Assembly: GCA_973895155.1 (NCBI GenBank)
Contig: OZ316896.1
Location: forward strand, 14,191,542 to 14,255,541
DNA from: Marsupella aquatica
Lineage: Eukaryota > Plantae > Marchantiophyta
DNA length: 64,000 bases
Direction: 5' to 3'
Shown here: positions 13,781 to 24,933 of the stretch, one piece after another
Numbering within the stretch: the stretch's first letter is position 1
Layout of the letters: every line of letters starts with the position of its first letter
The notes under the pieces: generated by a model
Databases searched by the model: none
Seen by the model: the letters and a program-made list of their open reading frames with translations, nothing else
Told to the model about the DNA's origin: nothing
Made by a program: the position numbers and the translations under genes

Positions 13781-14419
13781 AGCCAACATCGTGAGTGTTC
13801 ATCCAAAGGGATCATTCTTGTGTACCTTCAAGAGTCTAGATGGCAATTTACGTGTTATATGCACCTCGATGAAGAAGTAGCGATGGAGAGCGCTGGCTGT
13901 AGGGCATCCAATGTGGGGTAGAAGCGAAATCGATGCTCTGTTACACATTCCAAGCAAGTATTGTACATGCCTTTGGGTTTGCACGAGAGTTAATGCTCTC
14001 AAGTGAGACTTCTTACACAAGTCATTTGTTTACTTTAGCCTTCTTGATAGTTAGAAACTCAAGCCAGGATGGACCACCATGTTGGATATTTGTGCTCCCA
14101 TAGACCACAATGGTGGTACATTGGCCCATAACTTGATGGTCATGAGTACTAAAATATTTTTTAGTGCAAGTCAACTAGAGTAGGAGGAGACTTTAGAAAA
14201 AAACAAGCCTAGATATTTCACATTAACACAATGTATATTAATCTAATGGAATTTACCCCCTGGTAATTTTTTATGAAAAGCCCAACCAAAATGTCCAAAA
14301 ATTCACTGTCACTTTGGTGGAAGTGTAGCTTACCTACTCCTCTAGCATATCCCCAAAAACTAAATATATTTGATTTTATGAATATGAAGTTATTACAATT
14401 AAACTCAAATTTTGGGAAA

Positions 14420-14531
14420 TGTGGTCCATGGGGTTTCAAAGACCAACCTTGTGGTCCATGGGGTTTCAAAGACCAACCTTGTGGTCCATGGGGTTTCAAA
14501 GACCAACCTTGTGGTCCAGGGGGCTTCAAAT
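14420..14531. repeat. 30-bp tandem repeat, ~3.5 copies
   Basis: TGTGGTCCATGGGGTTTCAAAGACCAACCT repeated without spacers; single copy in the right arm (~53575-53605). Confidence 0.9.
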
Positions 14532-17069
14532 TCTGATCTTTACTTCGATCCGTTTCCTTTAGGGGGTTTGTACCATGCAAGACAGGAGAAATTGCTAGCG
14601 ACATGAGCTTTTGTTAGCGAGGGATATGTCATTTTTTGAATGGCATGTTTAGTGCCTAGAAACGGGCCTAGAAAGGATTTCACACAACCAAACTAAGCAT
14701 TTGTCAAAACTTTCATAATGCACATGGGTTGTAAGCGAGGGCGCTAGCCTTCCATCATACACAAAACTGATCAAAACAAGATAACCAATAAAGATTATAC
14801 TCAAGTTACAGACATTTCCCACTCATCAAAATTGGCTGCCTCGATTACTTTATTGAAACTGAGAGTAAGTTCTCCAGAATGGCTAAAGAGATCAAGCTTA
14901 TTCTGCTGCTTCCCATTCAGGGGACACACAAGCAGAATCAAACTTCACACTAATTTGTGGAATGACTTTCATCTGATTCCAAATCATTCCTACTACTACT
15001 ACTGATTTCCTCACTGCTAAACTCCCTATCAGTTGACTCAGCGGACTCGTCCACATATCTCTTCACATGACCCGCCTCAACATCCATGAAAGGAAGGCTG
15101 TACAAATTCCTCCGAGCGCCACGATCTGACCTCCGACCTTTTCCTTCCCAAGTCATAACAAAAGTCTCATCTGCTTCAATTGCAGACTTCTCCGCATAGC
15201 AAGGTAGAGTGAACGATTTCTCAGGCGAGAAGAGAAAAGCGCCCTCAATTTCCTTTCAGAGCCAAAATCTCTCCTCCGAGAACCAATCTACACGCTGATC
15301 ACTGTAAGAAGCAAAATCAGCAGCGGATTAATTCAAGGTGGAAAAAACTGAACTTAACTTTCTAAACACAGTTGGATTTGGTATGGGACAGGATAAGTAC
15401 ATTACTCTAGGTCAAATTCATCGTGGTCATCTTTCCCATCCGGAGCAGGAACTTTTGTTCTTCCACCACTCGATCCGGCAAGAGTAAACTTGTCATCTGA
15501 ATCCCCGTCCTCCAATGACTCAGTACCCATCCCGACAGTGATGTCTTCAATTTTCTTATGACGATCCAGAACCAACTTCAACGACTCCTGCGCAGCATCA
15601 TGGAGAAATTCCCTATCCTCAACCCCTACTACAAACCTCCCGAAGAGTTCCCCCGCTCGGAATGAACTTCCATCTCCAACATTCCAATCTAGCACAATGT
15701 CTCTTGGCTTTGTCAAAAGCTCCATCACCGCCTGCATGAATCCAACAGATAATCGACAAGACCCTGCAAAAGCTAACTCAGTCCTGACATTGATTTTTGG
15801 GTAACAAAGACTGAGTAACTTCTTATGAGATGCATCCTCGGATGTTGCCATGGGGATGTACTTTGGGTCCTTGGGGATCTTCCCATCAAATTCAGTTCGA
15901 CAAAACACATCCAGACTGAGATTGCAAACCTGGAAAAGCAAAAAAATATGTCAAATATTGAGGTTGTGAAGGCCAGCAACCTCGCTAGCAAAAAACACCT
16001 ATAATTTAAACCAAAAACTCTTGACATCTCACCTCAACATCGATGTCTGGCATCCACATTGGGCTACTCAACAAAACGTGGTACTGGCGAAGATGTTTGA
16101 ATTTATTCTTCTACTCAATGGCAGCAAAAATCTGCTTCATGTGGTTAAATTCTCCACTATGGAGAACAGCCACATATCCATCATCGGACAGCATGGGTCT
16201 CATGACTCCGAAGAAGTAATAAGGAAGTTTCTCCATCCAAACATTCCATTCTGGCACCTTCACATCAGTAACACAAGGCCTTAGTCTTGTAGGAAGAGCA
16301 ATGAACCCAAGATGGGCACTAGTACCGGTGTAAGGCTTGCCATTGATTCTTAGGGGATTCGGATGTTCTGAAGAACTCAAAATCTCACTCAGCCAGCGAT
16401 CCCCCTCCCCCATCCACGAAGGTCGAACTTTCTTCAAAGCAATTGAGTCTGCTGTGAAACGTAAATTACTCTTGGCAAAGAAATGTCGATTCCCATCCAG
16501 TTGAAGTCCACATATCCTCATCACACCCTCACTGATCGACCCTTCCTCATCTTCTGAATCTGAGAGCACTTGAACTTTTCTCTTCTTCTTAAGCTTATCA
16601 CCAATCGGTTTTGTCACAATCTCAAAATCCGGAGATTCAGGTTCAATGGGATCCTGTCGCCCACGATTCTGCACGGTCTGGACACTCTCTAAACCAGTTG
16701 ACCTTCTCTTTTCTGGAAAACAAAAGAGAACCAAAAACCTCAGAAAATGAGAATTTTCAAAGAAAGGACTAAACATTAGAAGTCGATTGAGAGTTAGGAC
16801 TATGAGCACACTTACTTCTCCTGCCGGAAACCTGAGAGGTCTCTGTCGACACCTCCTTCACAACGTCCTTCTTCAATTTTCTGGAACGGCTTCTATCAAC
16901 AATTGGTGCAACACCAAGGCAAGCCTGCTCCATCGCCTCACACCCGGCCTGCACTGCTTCGAGGCTGGGCATTTTTGATTCAGAAATATAAAACTCTGGG
17001 ACTAACCCACGATTTATCTTCTGCAAAGCAAGCTTCTTTGTCCCATCAAATGTCAGTGACCAATTCTCT

Positions 17070-20000
17070 TGTGGTGCGTCCCATGGCTCCCTAAACCCAA
17101 GAAACCCCCTAGCTCAAGCCGATTCCCGCAGGTTTCGCGCTTGGCGAGGCCGTTTCCGCGGCTTAGCGGCATGGGACGCTGCTAACCTCCTTCTACTATT
17201 ACTATTAGCCTTTTACACACATATAGTGGACAGATCCTTCATCGGGTCATGAGATACGTAGCCGGCCTAATCTAGGCCTTCCCTTGTCTTCCTCTCCTTC
17301 TGGTTAGGTATGTTTGGATTCCGCCGCCGGAATGATCCCCAATAGGCTTGGTTAAGCCGCTAAGACCTCTCTCAGCTCGACACATCCAACTCTCACTCCC
17401 TTGCTTACTTTCCTTCCTTCTGGTTGATGTGGGCACTCTTCACACAAGTTAATGCGACACACAAATAGCAAAATGACTCCTTCTGACTGAGTCATACCAT
17501 GCACTTGCCATACAAACAGTATATCTCATACACAAGCTCTGCGAACTAAGCCGTGAGGCCAACTCTATTCAGCTCTTAGGCATGAGGAAACATGAATATA
17601 CACAAGGTCACGGTATGACTAACCGAGAGCTTCTCTTACTACTTGATCCCAGCCCGGCTGGTGCAAACTAAAAACTTGCTAAAGAAGAGGCCCTGAGCTC
17701 CCCGCTGCCCAGGTACTTATCCTGGTAGTGGATCCGCCTAATTCTTTGCAGCGTAAGCCTAACCTACCTAACAGTAATCTACCTGCCTGAATCTACCTAT
17801 GTACAGCAAGGCAGGAGCACAAGTGTTGCTCCTGCCAGTGGAACCGCAATTCCACTAAGCTAAGTGTCAGGGCCGCCTCCTGATCCTGATCCTGATCCTA
17901 ATCCTAAACTTGGAGATCAGCGCCCGCCCTACCCACTCACGCCTCCTACCTCCACGGCCGCCCTTCCTAAAAGGAACGGCGCCCTTGCACCGTCACGACA
18001 CCGGTGGTGGATCCTCAATGGACGCCCCCAACGCTTCCTCCGCAACCACTGCCGTTGGTCCGTCCTCTGATAGATTACCTGCCTCTGACCGAGTCAACTT
18101 TTCATCGGCCTGACTGGGCCCACCCTCGGCTTTGGCATCGGCTCGGGAATCATTCTCGGCTACGGCCGAAGCCTCGGCTTCAGCCTCAGCTTCGGCCACT
18201 GTCTCCCCGGCCTGCTCAAGAGGTGGATCTGGGATACCGGCCTCATTACTGAGTAGTTCGGCTTGGGCCGCGCCATCCCCACCTTTGGTGATAGCGGAAT
18301 CTATTGCCGTGTTCATGCCGGAGGTTGGTGCCGGTTTGCGGGCCGGTTTGAGTATGGCTTGAGGGGTCGAATAACCTCCGGACCCCGAAGGTTTCCGCTT
18401 CTTCTTCTTCACTATCTCCACAGCCGGTTCCTTCCCTTTGCCGCCAACGTCCGGCACCGGGCCGTGTGTCACGGCTGGTCCTTCGGCAATTACCACCCCT
18501 GGTAACTGGTTTGCCCCAATGGGAGATGGACCTGATGCAGCTAAGCATTTAAATACTGCGGCTTGTTTCTTCAGTCGCTCAGTTTGGTTGTCGGCCCGCC
18601 GCTGTAGGTTCTCCATCTTCCTCGTGATTTCCTCCAACTCCTCCTGGGTCTCATCCAGGTCCTTACGTGCCTCCTCCAGCTCGTTTTTGGCTTCCTCCAA
18701 TTCCCTGTGGGCTTCCTCCAATTCCTTCTTGGTGGTAGCCCTCTCCTCCTGGGTTGCTCTTAGCTCCTTGTCGAGCTCCGCTATGACCTCAGACTCCATG
18801 TTATTCATCTTGGCATAAGTCTGGTCGAGTTGGGCGTCCTTCTCCCGCAGGTCGGCCTTGAAGCTGGCCGTCAGGGACGCAAGCTCCTGCTGTAGCACAA
18901 TAATCCCTTGATAGGATTTCCCTAACTCGGCCTCCTTCTTCTCAAGGGCTCTGCGGATGACCTCGAGCTCTCCCTTCAGCGCCCTCTCCCTTCTCTGAGT
19001 CTCCGTCGTGACCCAGTTGTTGACTGCTATATGGGCCTCCTCTGCATTTCTCAGCTCCTTCTTCCATTTCTCCCTGTCCTTGATTGCGTCGGCCAATTCT
19101 CCCTGGGTCTGAGTCAGTTTATCCTTGATAATTTGATTATCAGCCTACGCTATGTCCAACTGCCCCTGCATGATGTTCAGCTCATGCCGCTTAATCCACA
19201 GTTCATCTTGGGCTTTCTTGGCCGCCCTTAGATCTTCAATCTCGGCTTCCATCCTCCTAAGCCGCCGGATGACCTCGTCCTTCTTGCTTCTCTCTAAAGC
19301 CACCGCTTCTTCTAATTGGTGCTTCTCCAACTGCTCCCTATGGAAAAAGGGTCCTACCTCCAACTCCTCCCCAAAGATGCCAAGCGCAAGTTCCTCACAC
19401 ATCTCACCATACTCCATGGCTCTATTCTTAGCGTAGGTGGAGTAAGTAGAAGTGATCGGCATCGCCCATCGCGGCCTCTGCTCCCAAGCCGTCTTGCGGA
19501 TCTCTTCAATCGTGGCTAGAGGTTTGCTTCCTTTTTCGGCTAGCCGCCTGATGTCCTCCGGCCAATCTCCTCCTGGCAAATCCTTTTCCCTAGCCAGGGC
19601 TGCCTCCTCTTCCTGCCTGATTCGCTCCTGAAATTCCTGCGCCGTCTGTTTTATGCCATCAAAGCTCGAGGGAGCAACATCTGGTGGGGGAGACTCGGGG
19701 CTACTCTGCTGGTTGGGGTCCCCTCGAACTACCCTTGGAAGTGTGGGGATAAACCGGCCACAGGTCCTTACTCCTGGAACGTGATGGTCCGACCCATAGC
19801 CGGAGTTATCATGGCTGCAGTCCTCCACTGCCTCCTCCTCCTCTTGGACTTCCGGCTTCTCCCTCTCCTCTTCGCCGGTAGGAGCTTCAGGCAATTCTGC
19901 CTCAGATTCAGAGCTTGAGACTCCCACGTACATTCGAACACCCGGCTTGGATTCTGGCCTGATTCTGCTTAGGTTGACCTCTGGGGCAGTGTCCTGTATT

Positions 20001-21745
20001 GGTGCTGCTGCCAAAGCCAGGTCCAGTGCCATCTTTTCCTTCTCCAACATTTTCAGCAGATTCTGCATGCTTGGTTGCTGCATCGGCAAGTCTTCCTTCC
20101 TTGGCCTGAACACCTGCTCAATCGTAGGGCTATCAGGTGGTTGAGGCTTCTCTGCTACCGGCCTCGGTGCTGGAGCTTCCTCGGGTGCCCTTACCTACAG
20201 GAGAAGTATTGGGGCAAAGGTCTGACCTCTGGCATACCGGCACAACAGCGGCATGTGATAGCCAAGCCGCGACACGCTCCCCATGCCGATTACCTGCTGC
20301 TCCTCCTTTAAGATCTTCTTCAATTGGTTGAGGAGGTACCCATTGTAGTCCCGGCTTGGGTCTGGCCTCTCTGCCAGATAGACCTGTGCCTTGCCGATCT
20401 CTGCCCTCGGCAAGTTACAATGCATGGTCACCCGCAAGAAGTCGATCATCTCTCCTATGTGCGGGTTGGTGCAGGTGTTCCGAAAGAAGCCATTCTTCGT
20501 TGATGGCCCGGGGAACGATCGGAACTCCTTGTCAGGCAAGGTCTTCCTGGTATCAACTTTGGTCTTATTGCCTATCGGCAAGCCAAACACTTCGGCAATC
20601 ACCTTGGGAGTAAGATAGAAATCCTTCCCATATATCCTCGTGCAATTGGTCTCGGGTTCCCATGACCCCACGAATTCTAATAGGTCTGAATCCGGTACCT
20701 CCGGCTTCAGCCATGGTAATCTTACAAAGGCCTCTAAGCCGAATCCGGCCATGAAGCCTTGGTACTTCTTGGTCTGCATGGCCGTAAAGCATGCATCCTC
20801 CTTCCGTGCAAAATGTAGTTGCACCTCCGCTGGTAGGGTTGCCGCCCAGCCTTTCCAGGTGTCATCCCTGGTTGGAATGGCATTAATGGGATCGACCTCC
20901 TCCTCTTCGGCTTCTCCCTGCCTCCTGCTCTGCTGCTCGGCTGGCTTCTTTGGTGCCGCCAACCTCGTTCTTTTTGCCGGGGTGGCTTCATCGTTGACGG
21001 CTCCCTTCCTCTTCATCTCGGCTGTCGTGGAGGTTTCTCCTAGCACCGTTGCCTGGGTCCACCTTTCTGTGCTACCCTTCAATTCCCAGTGTATGTCGTT
21101 GCAGTTCTTGATGGCCTCTCAAATGCCGATGATTCTGTCTTTGCAAAACAGAAGATCGTCGAGCTGATTGGAAGTAGGAGTCCACAAGAACTCGGCCTTG
21201 ATGAGTTCGCCTCCTAAGAAAGCCGTCTTCTGCAGCTCCCACAATCGAGCGAGCTCCTGTCGTTCTCGAGCTGCCCTTTTTGATTCTTCGTCCTCGTAAG
21301 TCTTGATGTACTCAGTTGCCCGTTCGAACAGGCATCCCCAGAAATGTGCCGCTTGATTGACATTGCTCATACCCTCCTTAGGTCGATCGTCGGTATCTAC
21401 TCTCTCCCCGAGTGCTTGCCTAAGCAGCTGACAGTAGTTGGCCTCCCGTAGTCGTCTGCCTAGTTCGTGCTCGCAAATGAGCCACCATCTCCTGCAAGCG
21501 CTCCTTACCCCTCTCCTCTTCCGGTCCTTCCTCCCGTTGATCCTTCCTAGCCACCGATGCTTAGCGCGCCCTAACCCTAATCTTGTTTTCACCCCCAGCG
21601 TCCTTACCTCTGGCCTCGGCCCGGGTTCCATAGTCGCCCCTAATTGTTTATATTTTCCTTGTTTTGTCCCTATACTAAGGTGTTTCTAGGGTGCACTCCT
21701 GCTTTACCCACTTAACTGGCCGAGTGATTCCTGGCTAGGCATCAC
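17070..21745 (-). mobile_element. Family-A element, copy A3, both ends present (4676 bp)
   Basis: Termini TGTGGTGC...GCATCAC(A) form an 8-bp imperfect inverted repeat, with CTCT duplicated on both sides. Removing it restores WYLDSENWSLTFDG of the M1 gene. Confidence 0.85.
17993..21631 (-). pseudogene. A3 single ~1210-codon ORF: Athila-ORF1/Transposase_32/PMD-like domain plus long coiled coil
   Basis: ORFs 21119-21631, 20195-21082, 19145-20113 and 17993-19096 are all in one frame, separated by in-frame stops. The terminal TGA is conserved in A2 and A4. Motif EFVGSW.....RIYGKDFYLTP.VIAEVFGLP. Confidence 0.7.
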
Positions 21746-22210
21746 CTCTGAATCTAGGTACCATGGACAGTGTAAAACCTCCCGTTCACTCATCTTCCGG
21801 AGTGGCTCAACGTCCTCACAAGGGTACATTGAGTAGTCGCCACATTTTTTATTTCCTAAATCGTCAGTCACGTATTCGGCCCACTTGGAGAAACACGCGG
21901 GGTAACACCACCAGAATGCTCGATTGGCCACCTCCCGGTCAACAAAAAATCAGTATACATATCTTTTTGCCCTTCTCCAAAATGCGACAATATCTATCTT
22001 TTCCCCTACTTTTGGGGCCCAAATGCTCTTGAAAAACCTGGATTTAACTCGCTGCAAAAAGTCCTCAAACTCATCACTAATATCAAGAACAAGTGATGCC
22101 TTGTTCTTCTCTGAGGCTGAAAGAACTCGAGATTCAGGGACACTTAGAATCATTTCTGAAACAGCTTCGGACAAAAGAGATCTAGCAATCGACTCTACTT
22201 GTTCCCACGT

Positions 22211-24138
22211 TGTCCTGAGGATAAGCAAAGAGGTGGGAAAAGAGGCTCAAGGGACACGCAGGGTGTATGGCTGCTTGAGATAGGAAACGGTTGCAAACAA
22301 GATAAAGTAGACCCTAAGCACTTCCTTTCATCCACATCATCACAAGCAAGCAAGCATGCATGCTTTCAAAACTCAAGCCATTTACATACTCATATCCAAT
22401 CACAATCAAAATAACTAGTTCAAGCTTCCCAATGTAATCCTCACAAGTCTAAGCCCAACATTCAATTGGTCACCATTCCTTTTCCAACACTTGATTGCAC
22501 ACAATCCCTTGCAACCTTCTAAGGTACACAAGTTCAAGTGTACATTCAATGTGGTCAAGTTAAGGGTCACTCTTGGTTGTGGCTAAGACAAGTGGGACAT
22601 CCAAAGGTATGCAAGGCATCTCTATGCACCATTCAAACATCCAACTTTCAAAACATGGGAAACTACTTTCGAAAAGTGACCTAGGGTTGGTCACTTTCGA
22701 AAAGTGACCTCTCCTCTAAATGCATAGCAAGAAGGCACATGTAGCATCATGGCCTCCAAGTAAAAACATGGGTCACAAGCAAGACCCTCCTAGCAAAAAT
22801 GAATCATCACCAAGTCTAATCATCAACCAAGCATTCAAAATTCCTCCATAGCCTATCCAAGCTTCAAAACCCTAGTCTCCTTCTCTCATACTTCCTTCTA
22901 TCAACCAAATCTACTTTCAAAGCTTCAAGTCAAGGAGTTTACAAGAGAGTAGGCCTTCTTAGTGAGCCATCTCTAATGCAAGACTCCCAAGCTTCAACAA
23001 GATTAGGTCTCATCTCCTCTAAGCTTTCAAAAATCTCCTACAAGTCCATTCTCCTCAAAACTTGAAGCAACAAACCTACATTCGAGTATGCCTTCTTGTG
23101 GGCAATCTCTCATGCAAGCTCCTTATACTTCCTACTCACATCCTACCTCCTTCCTAAGGCTTCGAGTCAGCCTCTCCTACATTCGAAACCTCTCTCCAAA
23201 TCCCTAGAAAAACCGTCACAAAACTCAATCTCTTCACATTCAAAGCTTCTACTCCATCTATTTCTTCACAAAATTGCCTCTACATCTCCTACCCTCAAAA
23301 TCCTAAGGCCATGGCCAAGGAGGAGGGCTCCCCCTTCACTCATGCCTCATGCTCGAGCTCCCCTCAAGAGGTTCGCTCCTACAACTAAAAATGGGACTTA
23401 ACACTCCAAAACGGCAAAACGGCAGCACTTCAGCAGCATCTAACCTCCGAACCCTTGGCCACTCGAACTTCCTCCTTTAGTACCCACGTGGGAAGGCCCA
23501 GGGCACCCACAAGCCCCTCCACTTATGGTTTTAATCCTCGTTGAATCACAGCCCTCGATCTCACACCAATTAGATCAAACGGCCAAAAATGAGCCAAAAA
23601 ACCCCTCCTTAGTAACTTGCAAACCAAAAGAGCTTCGACCTTTTTGAAAAAGCCACGACCTCCACCAAGCCCTAACTCACATCTCCACCTTCAATCCAAA
23701 CCATTCATTAACCAAAACCAAGATCCACCGTTGAAGTAGATACATTGAATCTGGTCCATTTAACACAAAAATCTGAATCTGGTCCAAATCTCACAAAACT
23801 GATGCACTTGGACCAAACCCTCTTACATGCCTTGAACCTGGTCACCATGTTGCCAAAACCCTAAATACCTTGCTTGTTGAGCAAGCAACCTCCATTCCAC
23901 CAATCCGCCAAATGATAACTTAATCGCTGGTCACAAATGAAAAACATACCCCACAATAGTAACAAGGGTGGGTAGGCTCGACCTCATCCCTACCTTGACC
24001 CTCATAACTCTACTTCCTCCTTCACCTTGGTCAAGTTAGCTCAAGTCAAGTCAACTTGCCCAAGTTAGAAGCAAAATTGGTTTCAACTTCCTTCACAAAA
24101 CATGAGGATTCCTCCTTTAGGATGGAAACCTCATGACA
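22211..24138. mobile_element. Solo LTR-like insertion (1928 bp)
   Basis: TGTCCTGAGG...CCTCATGACA with TSD ACGT. It splits WLHRWAT|WEQVES of the M1 gene and has no convincing ORF. Confidence 0.8.
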
Positions 24139-24933
24139 ACGTAGCCCACCTGTGCAGCCAGAGTTTAGTCTCACTATCTGAGAATTGCCCAGGATGAAAA
24201 TATTGCTTCCGTAGCTCGGGCTTGCATTGCGCTTCAAGTAGATTGCAACAAAGCAGTGGGCTGAGAGATGTTACCCCGGTAAAAAGCCTCGCTCGATCAA
24301 GACCACATGAGACATTGCCTCTGCCTTTATCATCAGTCCTTTGTGCTTCCTTCCATTCTTTCTCACAGTAGTTGTGCATCTCCACACATTTCTAAAAGAA
24401 ATCCCCAAATTCGGGATTGTGAAGAGGAGCAATTTTTGGAACTTTAACATTCCAATCAGATAGTTGCTCCTTCATCATTTCTCGTAGAGCAGTGTCCTTC
24501 ACAGCTTTTGACAAAGGTTCTCCAAGATCCTCCTTGAGAGAAAACTTCTTCTGCAAATCTGCAGTCTGGGAAGCTATATTTGCAGTTGATAGAATGTAAA
24601 TACAAGCATCCAGGGTCATATTTTTTGAATACCAGGTTGGTTTCTTCACATTTTGCATCTTTTGTTGGAACAACTTGAAATTGTCTACATCAATCAAATC
24701 CTTGTAGACCGACAAGTCCGTGTTCAGTATCTTCTGGACACGATCTGCTTCCAGGACCCATGAATTCTCAACGTGGCATTGAGTGAGCCTGCCAATGAAC
24801 AAAAGTATCAAAGATGTTTTGAGTACAAATCAGAGATAAGAAAACCCAAAATGTGAAGTGACAGATAGCATTGAATCAATCAGAACAGATCCGATGCTCA
24901 CCGGTTCAGGATCCAATCCCGGATCCGATGTTC

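Larger units (their letters stand above)
8962..14561 (+). repeat. Left arm of a diverged inverted segmental duplication (partner 53533-63110)
   Basis: Colinear reverse-complement matches: 8962-10175 vs 63110-62100, 10262-10890 vs 59418-58722, 11130-14561 vs 56668-53533. Confidence 0.9.
14950..24788 (-). pseudogene. Disrupted paralog of the ParB-like/MTase-like gene (exons 2-5)
   Basis: ORFs 24392-24811, 24131-24385, 21950-22228, 21704-21931, 16769-17026, 16111-16809, 15402-15941 and 14950-15156 align with 44342-47607 at the same intron positions. Interrupted by A3 and a solo LTR and carries stop codons. Confidence 0.85.
14562..24890 (-). mobile_element. Truncated MULE (copy M1), relative of 36657-47971
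   Basis: Terminus GGGGGTTTGTACCATGCAAGACAGGAGAAATTGCTAGC resembles the M2 right TIR. The uninterrupted site is in the right arm at ~53533. Carries homologous exons 2-5; truncated near 24890. Confidence 0.8.

Noticed and set aside
14420-14531. 30-bp repeats as a CRISPR array
   Set aside because: Head-to-tail with no spacers, no cas genes, and single copy in the paralogous arm.
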